From: Acidimicrobiales bacterium
GTDB taxonomy: Bacteria; Actinomycetota; Acidimicrobiia; Acidimicrobiales; Poriferisodalaceae
Assembly (NCBI GenBank): GCA_034399415.1
Contig: DASCSY010000001.1
Location: forward strand, 1-46,463
Reading direction: 5' to 3'
DNA: 46,463 nucleotides
The notes below the pieces were generated by a model. The model saw nothing but the letters and a program-made list of their open reading frames with translations. It made no database searches and had not been told where the DNA came from. The position numbers and the translations under genes were made by a program. Each line of letters starts with the position of its first letter. Positions within the stretch are counted from its first letter, which is position 1. Shown in pieces: positions 39,066 through 46,463 of the stretch.

Positions 39066-40930
39066 AGCGTCTGTGCTGGCTCCCTACAATCGCAAGCTCC
39101 TTTTGTTTTCTCGTTCTATTTTCCGCGCCGGCCTACGCGGTGGAAGTTGGTTCGGGAGGAATGCAAATCACTCATCAGTCCCCCACCGCTCAAGCTGCGG
39201 GGTCATTGGAGCTCATCCTTCAATTGCCAGGTGTCGTGGCAAATGACGACCAGATCATCGTTACTGTTCATGAGCCCGTAGTTAACGAGGCCGAGTTTCT
39301 CCGATCGATTGAAGGACAAGGCTTAGGTGGGGTACTTGCTTCTCGGACTGTTGATTTATCGGATCTTGATCCTGACGCGTGGGGCCTAGTCGCGGTTGAA
39401 TTCCCACTTTCGAGTAGCGACAAAAATGCCATCCGCGTCGCGCGACCCGGGGTATACCCCATGACGGTGGAGATGCGGACTGGAAGCCAGGAACTGATCG
39501 GTCGCATCGTGACTCATCTAATTCGCCTCGGCGAAGAAATCTCTCGGAAGCTGCCGGTGGTGCTTGTTGCCAAGATTCCGAATTCACCACACAACACCGA
39601 CGATGTTGTTGCACTTTGGTTCGACGTTTTGGCAAAGCATGCAGATATTCCGGTGACCATTACGCTCCACCCCAATTTGCTTGATGACATATCAAATGGA
39701 GACGCCGAAATAGGATTTCAAAATATAGAAACCCTGCACCAATTTGTGCATAGCTCTTTCGTGCCAACCAACGAAGCGACGCTCGAGGACGCCGGACTCA
39801 GTCTCGAACTTTCAACCCTTCTCGAACTGGGTTCGGAGCACCTGCGACGATTGGGCACTTTGGCGCCACCCACTCTTTGGGTTGGCCACGGGAGTGCCGA
39901 TGCAGCCCAAGTGGACCATCGATGGGCACGTGGCATAAGAGAGGTGATTGTGGAAGCTTCTTCGCTTTCCCCTGTCCCCCCGCACGCGCCCCGAGGCCCA
40001 GTAGAAGTATTGGGTACTGATGCAAATGTCAGGGCACTGATTGTTGACCGACTTTCAGTTAAGGAGAGGCATGACACTTCAGCTAGTCAGGCTCACCGTC
40101 TTTTGGCGCATCTTGCAACGATTGCGTTCACTGAACAGCCAACGCCCTTAATAGCTCTAGATCTCAGTGCGGACGCTCGCGACGTTGACTTCGCCGCGGC
40201 TTTCCTTAGTGGCCTCTCCAATCTTTTTTTGGTTGAACCTGTGCCGGTAAGCGCTGCTATCACTCAGTCGTTGTTGCTAAAGGACGGGGAACTTCAGCAG
40301 TACCGACTTAGAACCCGTTTGAGTTCCACAACCGAGGACTTCACGGGCTACCGAGAAGCCCAGCGTCACTTGGCTGCGTTCCGTTCGATGATCCGCGATG
40401 AAGACGCCGCCGAACACAATGAAATGGCTCAAGACTTGCTCTTCAGTTTGTCGAGCGATTCATCCCCTCTTGACCAACGAGCGCTTTGGGAATCAATCGT
40501 CAGCAATGTCAGGGGACAGACCAGTTTGATAGACATTCCCCCCGACGAGTCAATCCAGTTGACATCGCAGAAGGCATCGGTTCCGTTCAGCTTCCAGAAT
40601 CGTGCTGACATTCCGCTTCGAGTTGAGTTGCGGATCATCGGAGAAAAGTTGACCGTCGAAGATTTCGACGACGGGGAGAGCACCACTTTGGTTTTGGGAC
40701 CTGGTGTTACAACGCACCGTTTTCAGCTTCGCGCTCTTGGCTCAGGTTCATTCCCCGTGACAATCGAACTTCATTCTCCCGACGGTGGGCTTCTTGTCGG
40801 ACGAGCACAAGCTGCTATTCGCGCGACTACCCCAACTGGAGTGGGTCTCGGGCTAACCATCGGAGCGGCAGTTTTCTTAGCGGTGTGGTGGATAATCGAC
40901 ACCAAGAAAAGAAAGGCCCGCCCGTCATGA
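39062..40930 (+). CDS. Secreted, C-terminally membrane-anchored protein (Rv3909/DUF6049-like position upstream of murJ)
   Basis: 622 aa. Signal peptide MKRLCWLPTIASSFCFLVLFSAPAYA and C-terminal TM plus basic tail LTIGAAVFLAVWWIIDTKKRKARPS. ATGA overlaps at both ends. The family name is from memory. Confidence 0.6.
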   Translation: MKRLCWLPTIASSFCFLVLFSAPAYAVEVGSGGMQITHQSPTAQAAGSLELILQLPGVVANDDQIIVTVHEPVVNEAEFLRSIEGQGLGGVLASRTVDLSDLDPDAWGLVAVEFPLSSSDKNAIRVARPGVYPMTVEMRTGSQELIGRIVTHLIRLGEEISRKLPVVLVAKIPNSPHNTDDVVALWFDVLAKHADIPVTITLHPNLLDDISNGDAEIGFQNIETLHQFVHSSFVPTNEATLEDAGLSLELSTLLELGSEHLRRLGTLAPPTLWVGHGSADAAQVDHRWARGIREVIVEASSLSPVPPHAPRGPVEVLGTDANVRALIVDRLSVKERHDTSASQAHRLLAHLATIAFTEQPTPLIALDLSADARDVDFAAAFLSGLSNLFLVEPVPVSAAITQSLLLKDGELQQYRLRTRLSSTTEDFTGYREAQRHLAAFRSMIRDEDAAEHNEMAQDLLFSLSSDSSPLDQRALWESIVSNVRGQTSLIDIPPDESIQLTSQKASVPFSFQNRADIPLRVELRIIGEKLTVEDFDDGESTTLVLGPGVTTHRFQLRALGSGSFPVTIELHSPDGGLLVGRAQAAIRATTPTGVGLGLTIGAAVFLAVWWIIDTKKRKARPS

Positions 40931-42594
40931 CTCGGTTCGGGGCGAGCACCGCCGCCGCTGGTATCGGACTGTCAAGATTTTCAGGTGTTATTCGTGCCGC
41001 CCTAGTGACGAATATTTTGGGGATAGGGCTTGTCGGAGATGCCTTTGCTGCTGCTCAACGAATTCCCAATGTTCTGCAAAATCTTTTCGGCGAGGGAGCA
41101 CTGTCCGCTGCGTTCGTTCCGGAGTACAGCCGGTTATCGGAGGACGACCCCGAACGGGCCGGCCGCCTGGCCGGGGGCGTCGCCACATTTTTACTTTGTT
41201 TAGTCACATGCTTGTTTGCCATCGGATTTCTCGCGGCCGGTCCTCTCACTCGCGCTATCGCCTGGGGATTTACAGGGGATCGGTTCAATCTGACCGTTCA
41301 CTTAGTTCGAATCATTCTGCTCGGCGCCGGTGTCTTAGTTTTGAGCGCCTGGTGTTTAGCTCTGCTGAACAGCCACCGGCGACTTTTTCTTGGATATGCC
41401 GCGCCTATCGTTTGGAACGCAACCCAAATCGCGGCCCTGGTTGCTTTAGCGGTCTCCGAATTCACTGATAGCTCCGCGGCAACAACTTTGGCCTGGGCGT
41501 TAGTTGCCGGATCCTTCCTGCAAGTACTTATCCAGTTGCCAGCGGTGTTTAAGGCAAATCGACATATCCGATTCAATTTGTCCTGGAAAAGCCCTGCGAC
41601 TTCCATCGTGCTGAAAAGATTTGCACCTGCGGTACTTGGCAGGGGAGCGCTCCAACTTTCGTCGTTTATCGATCTTGCTTTGGCGTCTCTGTTATCGATT
41701 GGAGCTGCGTCCTCTTTGGGGGCTGCACAAACTATTTATCTGCTTCCTATCGCTCTGATAGCGACAAGCGTTGCCGCCGCAGAATTACCCGAACTCAGCC
41801 GCCTCGACGAAACTGGTGAAGTTGCCGAGCGGCTCTCGAAGAGATTGCTGCAAATGCTCTGGCTGGTCGGGCCGATTATCGCGATGTACTTGGCAGCAGG
41901 TCCCCAGATTGCTGATGCTCTTTTTAATCTCGGCGGATTTCGCAACCGGGTTAGCGCTGATGATTTGACTGTCATCGGCTTGACACTCGGTGGATACGCC
42001 CTTGGCCTACCCGCCATAATGTCATCTCGGTTGTTACAAAATCTTTGTTACAGCGTCGGCGACACCCGTAGCCCAGCTCAGATCGCGGGCCGGCGAGTGG
42101 TTATCTCACTGGCTGTCGGGGCATTCTTGATGTTTCAGTTTGAACAGATTTTGGTAGTGGATCAGAGGCTCGTAGGGTTCGGCGACGGAAACTTAGTTTG
42201 GGGGCCGATGCCTGACGCCGTCCGCAACGCGGTAGACCTTCCAGCGCGGTTAGGACCGGTGGGGTTAGCTGTCGGCTCTACGGTGGGTGCTTGGTTTGAA
42301 TTTTGGCAACTCCGAAAACGAGTCTTGGAAGGTTGGCGTTTGTCGGCTCTCACGAGGTCAGGTTTCTGGAAACATGTGGTGCCATGTTCAACAGCTCTCA
42401 TCACAGCTATCGCATTAACGCGGCTCCCGGTTCATCAGGCATTACTGCGTGTTTCGCTCATTGGCGGTGGAACGCTCCTCGCGCATCTCATGACTTCATT
42501 CGTGTTAGGCACTCAGACAATGTCAGAATTAACTTCAGGTCTTCGACCTAGCCGTTCGATTTCGGTACCCCCCACAGAGGACAAAACACCATGA
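40927..42594 (+). CDS. murJ: Lipid II flippase MurJ/MviN (flippase domain only)
   Basis: The ATG at 40927 overlaps the upstream TGA. The product is polytopic. FGEGALSAAFVPEYS and IYLLPIALIATSVAAAELPELS are typical MurJ blocks. No C-terminal kinase-like extension. Confidence 0.9.
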   Translation: MTRFGASTAAAGIGLSRFSGVIRAALVTNILGIGLVGDAFAAAQRIPNVLQNLFGEGALSAAFVPEYSRLSEDDPERAGRLAGGVATFLLCLVTCLFAIGFLAAGPLTRAIAWGFTGDRFNLTVHLVRIILLGAGVLVLSAWCLALLNSHRRLFLGYAAPIVWNATQIAALVALAVSEFTDSSAATTLAWALVAGSFLQVLIQLPAVFKANRHIRFNLSWKSPATSIVLKRFAPAVLGRGALQLSSFIDLALASLLSIGAASSLGAAQTIYLLPIALIATSVAAAELPELSRLDETGEVAERLSKRLLQMLWLVGPIIAMYLAAGPQIADALFNLGGFRNRVSADDLTVIGLTLGGYALGLPAIMSSRLLQNLCYSVGDTRSPAQIAGRRVVISLAVGAFLMFQFEQILVVDQRLVGFGDGNLVWGPMPDAVRNAVDLPARLGPVGLAVGSTVGAWFEFWQLRKRVLEGWRLSALTRSGFWKHVVPCSTALITAIALTRLPVHQALLRVSLIGGGTLLAHLMTSFVLGTQTMSELTSGLRPSRSISVPPTEDKTP

Positions 42595-43433
42595 GTTCCA
42601 TCCAAATCGTCACTGATAGTTCTTGCGATCTCCCTGAAGATCTGGTGGCTCAACTGGGGATCAAGATTGTGCCCCTCAAGATTCGATTGGGGGATACTGA
42701 ATACGTTGACCGTCTGGAATTAAGCACAGCTCAATTTTGGGAGATGTGTCGACAAAACGACGAGTTGCCATCAACTGCTGCCCCGGCACCAGGGGCATTC
42801 ATTGAGGTTTTCCAACGCGCGGCCTCAGAGGGGGCAAGTGGTGTCGTCGCTATCGTGCTTAGCGGAGAACTCTCCGCAACAATCGAAGCCGCCCAACAAG
42901 CAGCGCGCGAAGTTGAAGGCACGATAAGTGTCAAGGTGGTTGATAGTCGAACAGTGACTCTCGGCCTGGGAGCAATTGTCGTAGCTGCAGCACAAGCTGC
43001 AAAGGCCGGCGCCAACATCGACGAAATTGCAGATATCGCAGCCGACGGCGCGGCTCGGACTCACGTCCACGCAGCGTTGGACACACTCGAAAACTTAAGA
43101 AAGGGAGGGCGAATCGGCGCGGCCGGCTCTCTTCTGGGTTCGATGCTCTCGATCAAACCCCTCATTGAGGTCCGAAATGGCGTCGTCGAACCCGCGGGGA
43201 AGCAACGGACAAGAAGCAAAGCGCTCAATTATCTCGTCGAGGTGGTCAAGGAACACGCTGACAGCATCGAAAACATCTTCGTCATCCACGCGGAGTGCGA
43301 CGACGTCGACTCCTTTGTCGAACAAATCAACTCGATAGTCCAACCAGAGGTGTTGGTGGGCCAAGTGGGTCCGGTAGTCGGGGCTCACGCGGGCATCGGA
43401 ACCATTGGCGTTGCGTTCCAAACCGCCAGTTGA
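42591..43433 (+). CDS. DegV-family fatty-acid-binding protein
   Basis: 280 aa. IVTDSSCDLP, PSTAAPAPG, LSGELSAT, VVDSRTVTLGLG and LRKGGRIG blocks. ATGA overlap with murJ. Confidence 0.88.
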   Translation: MSSIQIVTDSSCDLPEDLVAQLGIKIVPLKIRLGDTEYVDRLELSTAQFWEMCRQNDELPSTAAPAPGAFIEVFQRAASEGASGVVAIVLSGELSATIEAAQQAAREVEGTISVKVVDSRTVTLGLGAIVVAAAQAAKAGANIDEIADIAADGAARTHVHAALDTLENLRKGGRIGAAGSLLGSMLSIKPLIEVRNGVVEPAGKQRTRSKALNYLVEVVKEHADSIENIFVIHAECDDVDSFVEQINSIVQPEVLVGQVGPVVGAHAGIGTIGVAFQTAS

Positions 43434-43452
43434 TTGAGTTCATTGGACACCA

Positions 43453-44868
43453 ATGACGGTCGACGATCACCAGAGATACCGCATCGATGACCGCGTCAGT
43501 TCAGGTCCTGTCGAATCGTGGAGCGGCTTAGATCGGACCCTGGATAGACCAGTAACAATCAGAATTCTGGATCCTTCAACTGAAATTGGGAAGCGTGTCC
43601 AACTCCAGGCACGTTCTTTAACGCGGCTCGAACATCCGGCGTTGTTGCATGTCCTTGACACCATTGACCTTGGAGAACGTTTCGGGGTGGTGACTGAATT
43701 ACTGCCCGAAGAAACCCTCGAAGACCATCTATCCCGAGTAGGTCACTTTTCTGCTCAAGAAACAACGAGCATCGGCATCCAGCTTGGCGAAGCATTGGCA
43801 ACGCTTCACAACGCCGGGTTTGCGCTTGGTGCGCTACAGAGCTCCCACGTAGGGCGAAGAAAGGACGGATCGGTCGTCATCATTGAAGGTCCCCCTACCA
43901 GCGACGCTACCGACATCCCTGCTCGACCTCGCGCGGACATAACGGCGCTGGGTGAGCTGCTTCACTCGCTACTCGTCGGCTTTAGGCCACAGATTGACCA
44001 TCAGGGTCGATATGAGCTTCACCCCGCTATACCCGCGCAGCTAAGGCAAATAATCAGACGATCAGTCGATCAAGACGGCCGGTGGTCCGATGCAACGGCA
44101 CTCGTCTTAGCCCTCAGATCACTTCAGCAGGATCCCGGGCCGCTGTCCAACGATGCACAGATTACTCAAGCTGACTATTTGCAAGCTGAGCGGACCTGGT
44201 TGGCCCCTGCTGCGATTATTGCCGTTCTCGCCGGATTAGTGATCATCACGGGTCTGTTGGCGACCCGAACCCAGACCAGTTCTCCAGTTGCTGAAGACAC
44301 GCGCGAAGAAGTGCGCTTGGGGCCCGAACAAACCCTGCTTATTGACAATATTGAGGATTCTTCACCGGACGAGACTCCGGTCACTTCACGTCTGCCATCT
44401 GTTTCATCACTACTGGAAATTACTCTCATCGTTCCTTTTGACCCCGCGGGCAACGATCAAGAAGAACACCCTGAAAAGACGGATTTCATCAACAACGATG
44501 ACGCCAGTACCGGTTGGTACACCGAGCGATACACCACGAGTAATTTTGGAAACTTAAAGGACGGAGTCGGCCTCATCATCAAGTTAGGGCCGCCCCAACA
44601 CATCGATCGACTCCGGATTAGTTCGCCAACTATCAATTGGTCGTTTGAGATTTTTGCCTCTCAAGACAGCACAGGGGCGTTACACAGTTGGGGTCAGGCG
44701 ATAGCCAGCCGCACCGACATCAGCGGAAGTCTCACCGTTAATTTGGGTGGAGCCCCGGCGGCCACCCTTTTGTTGTGGGTAACGGATTTGGGAAAAGAAT
44801 TACCTGCAGGAGGGCATCGAGTAACCATTACCGAACTCCAGGTCTTCGGTCGGCCTTTATACGGGTAG
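43453..44868 (+). CDS. Membrane pseudokinase: degenerate Ser/Thr-kinase-like domain, one TM helix, and an extracellular MviN-C-terminal-like (galactose-binding-like) domain
   Basis: 471 aa with a kinase-fold-like N-terminus whose G-loop, VAIK, HRD and DFG equivalents are all substituted (VSSGPVES, VTIRIL, GFALGALQSSH, IIEGPP). The TM helix is WLAPAAIIAVLAGLVIITGLLA. The C-terminal domain contains DDASTGWYTERY...KDGVGLIIKLG...LWVTDLG. Confidence 0.7.
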   Translation: MTVDDHQRYRIDDRVSSGPVESWSGLDRTLDRPVTIRILDPSTEIGKRVQLQARSLTRLEHPALLHVLDTIDLGERFGVVTELLPEETLEDHLSRVGHFSAQETTSIGIQLGEALATLHNAGFALGALQSSHVGRRKDGSVVIIEGPPTSDATDIPARPRADITALGELLHSLLVGFRPQIDHQGRYELHPAIPAQLRQIIRRSVDQDGRWSDATALVLALRSLQQDPGPLSNDAQITQADYLQAERTWLAPAAIIAVLAGLVIITGLLATRTQTSSPVAEDTREEVRLGPEQTLLIDNIEDSSPDETPVTSRLPSVSSLLEITLIVPFDPAGNDQEEHPEKTDFINNDDASTGWYTERYTTSNFGNLKDGVGLIIKLGPPQHIDRLRISSPTINWSFEIFASQDSTGALHSWGQAIASRTDISGSLTVNLGGAPAATLLLWVTDLGKELPAGGHRVTITELQVFGRPLYG

Positions 44869-44917
44869 ATGTGCTGCCGGCTTCCTTTGCCCAAAAAGTC
44901 CTGGGTAGGATCCTCCT

Positions 44918-45223
44918 GTGACTTCTCCATCCCTCGAAAAGTCAGAAGAGGCAGGCTTGGCGAATCGCGCCACAACGCTTGTCGTCGACTTCGTTGAAAT
45001 AGTCCGAGGGAGAACTACAGGTCCTCTCCTTTTCATAGCCCGCTTTATTGTTTATGGGGCTGTGCTTTTAGTTACGGCATTAGCTGTTACAACACTGGTA
45101 GTTATCACTGCCGTGAAAGTCGCCAACAGCCTGCTACCGGGTGGTGTCTGGGCTGCTCATCTGCTCTTGGGGGCTCTGTTCACCATCGCCGGTGGTCTTT
45201 TCTGGTCAAAGCGCCTGGCGTAA
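44918..45223 (+). CDS. Small hypothetical membrane protein (2-3 TM helices)
   Basis: 101 aa, GTG start. Hydrophobic segments are LLFIARFIVYGAVLLVTALAVTTLVVI and AAHLLLGALFTIAGGLF. Same strand as its neighbours with tight spacing. Confidence 0.5.
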   Translation: MTSPSLEKSEEAGLANRATTLVVDFVEIVRGRTTGPLLFIARFIVYGAVLLVTALAVTTLVVITAVKVANSLLPGGVWAAHLLLGALFTIAGGLFWSKRLA

Positions 45224-45256
45224 GCCCATCCAGTCAACAGTCCAAGAGGAAAGAAT

Positions 45257-46204
45257 GTGAACGACATTCGCGACGTCATAATCATCGGTAGCGGACCCGC
45301 CGGCCTGACGGCAGCTATTTACACAGCACGAGCCAACATGGCGCCGTTGGTGATCGAAGGCGAACCATCGTCGACAAGCGATCAGCCGGGCGGCCAGTTA
45401 ATGCTGACGACCGAGGTTGAAAATTTTCCGGGCTTCCCTGATGGGATAATGGGCCCCGAATTAATGACGCAGTTCAGATCTCAGGCGTCCAGATTTGGGG
45501 CGGAATTCGTCACGCGCAAAGTCACACGGGTCGATTTCAGCGCGCGGCCGTTTCAGATTTGGGTCGGAGAAGACCACTACCAAGCTCAAACTGTGATTGT
45601 TTCCACCGGCGCTCAAAGTCTGATGCTGGGACTACCAAATGAACAACGGCTTCTAGGGCATGGTCTTTCTACCTGCGCGACGTGCGACGGCTTCTTCTTT
45701 CGCGATCAGGAAATCGCTGTCGTAGGTGGCGGAGATAGCGCCGTCGAAGAGGCAACCTTTCTGACGCGATTCGCTTCACGGGTCTATTTGATTCATCGGC
45801 GTGCCGAACTCAGGGCATCCAAAATCATGCGTGACCGGGCGTTCGCGAACCCGAAACTGGAAATCCTTTGGGACAGCCAAGTCGTTGAAATTGAGGGAGA
45901 TAAGAAACTGTCGGGAGTAATTCTTGAGGACACTGTGACGCACACCCGCAAATCTTTATCTCTCCAAGGTCTCTTTATCGCCATTGGACACCGTCCCAAC
46001 ACCGATCTGTTCCATGACCATCTGGAACTCAAAGAAAATGGATACCTCGTGACTGAACCCAACAGCAGCAAAACCAAGGTTGCTGGGATTTTCGCTTGCG
46101 GAGACGTCCAAGATGATTACTACCGTCAAGCCATTACAGCTGCTGGCTCTGGATGCATGGCGGCGATTGACGCTGAAAGATGGTTGGAAGAACACTCTCC
46201 GTAA
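45257..46204 (+). CDS. trxB: Thioredoxin-disulfide reductase
   Basis: 315 aa. GSGPAG FAD motif, redox-active CATCDG and GGGDSAVEEA NADPH motif. GTG start after GAGGAAAG. Confidence 0.95.
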   Translation: MNDIRDVIIIGSGPAGLTAAIYTARANMAPLVIEGEPSSTSDQPGGQLMLTTEVENFPGFPDGIMGPELMTQFRSQASRFGAEFVTRKVTRVDFSARPFQIWVGEDHYQAQTVIVSTGAQSLMLGLPNEQRLLGHGLSTCATCDGFFFRDQEIAVVGGGDSAVEEATFLTRFASRVYLIHRRAELRASKIMRDRAFANPKLEILWDSQVVEIEGDKKLSGVILEDTVTHTRKSLSLQGLFIAIGHRPNTDLFHDHLELKENGYLVTEPNSSKTKVAGIFACGDVQDDYYRQAITAAGSGCMAAIDAERWLEEHSP

Positions 46205-46298
46205 CTGTTTGCCGGCTCCGTGGTATACCGCGGAGCTAAGCCGATCAACCATGTGTGAATGCCAGTAGAGTGCCTTCACCCGAGATGAGGAGCCAAAG

Positions 46299-46463
46299 AT
46301 GGCTGAGGGCATTACTGACCTTGACATGAATTCTTTCGATGACGCGATCGGTTCTTCAGATACTCCGGTTCTCGTTGATTTTTGGGCAGAGTGGTGCGGT
46401 CCTTGCAAGATGATTGCCCCGATTCTCGAAGAGATCGCTGCTGAACAAGAAGGCATCAAAGTG
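46299..46463 (+). CDS. trxA: Thioredoxin (partial, runs off the 3' edge)
   Basis: My translation from the ATG at 46299 (GAGGAG RBS) is [55 protein letters not shown], which carries the WCGPC active site. Confidence 0.9.
   Translation, partial: MAEGITDLDMNSFDDAIGSSDTPVLVDFWAEWCGPCKMIAPILEEIAAEQEGIKV

Noticed and set aside
45956-46459. 167-aa minus-strand ORF across trxB and trxA
   Set aside because: It is antisense to two clearly identified redox genes and spans their intergenic region. It is not credible as a gene.

Overview
This window is core chromosome, apparently from a moderate-GC actinobacterium; the lineage is inferred from gene order and the HspR, CarD and MurJ contexts. I saw no CRISPR array, transposase, integrase or phage module.

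Gene content, left to right:
- A partial OmpR-type response regulator (-), divergent from a PQQ-like beta-propeller lipoprotein.
- An LLM/F420-type oxidoreductase, rpmB-rpmG, a YcaQ-type DNA glycosylase coupled to a DUF983 protein, then tRNA-Asp and tRNA-Phe.
- A long minus-strand block: dnaK-grpE-dnaJ(no zinc finger)-hspR, then a tightly coupled purA-purD-purE-purB-purC-purS-purQ-purL-purF-purM-pyrE array, then an ACT-domain malic enzyme.
- gpmA, an orphan P-II gene, a membrane HdrD/GlpC-like Fe-S oxidoreductase, dcd and tRNA-Gly.
- dnaB, an amidohydrolase plus SMP-30 lactonase pair, and rplI-rpsR-ssb-rpsF.
- A class A PBP-like gene, a DUF5318-like gene and cca.
- A plus-strand envelope/redox block: carD, GNAT, an Rv3909-like secreted protein, murJ, degV, a stand-alone pseudokinase with an extracellular domain, a small membrane protein, trxB and partial trxA.

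I do not see a convincing new multi-gene accessory system. The points most worth a second look:
1. The MviN-type pseudokinase/extracellular module is encoded apart from murJ, with degV wedged between them in an ATGA-coupled gene chain.
2. The PBP1-like protein in the conserved ponA1 position appears to have lost catalytic motifs in both domains.
3. An inverted pair of consensus DnaA boxes sits at the dnaB 5' end.
4. An 11-bp perfect inverted repeat (HAIR-like) carries back-to-back sigma-70-like promoters between dnaK and gpmA.
5. tRNA-Phe has a non-canonical T-loop.

All motif calls were made by eye and need computational confirmation.
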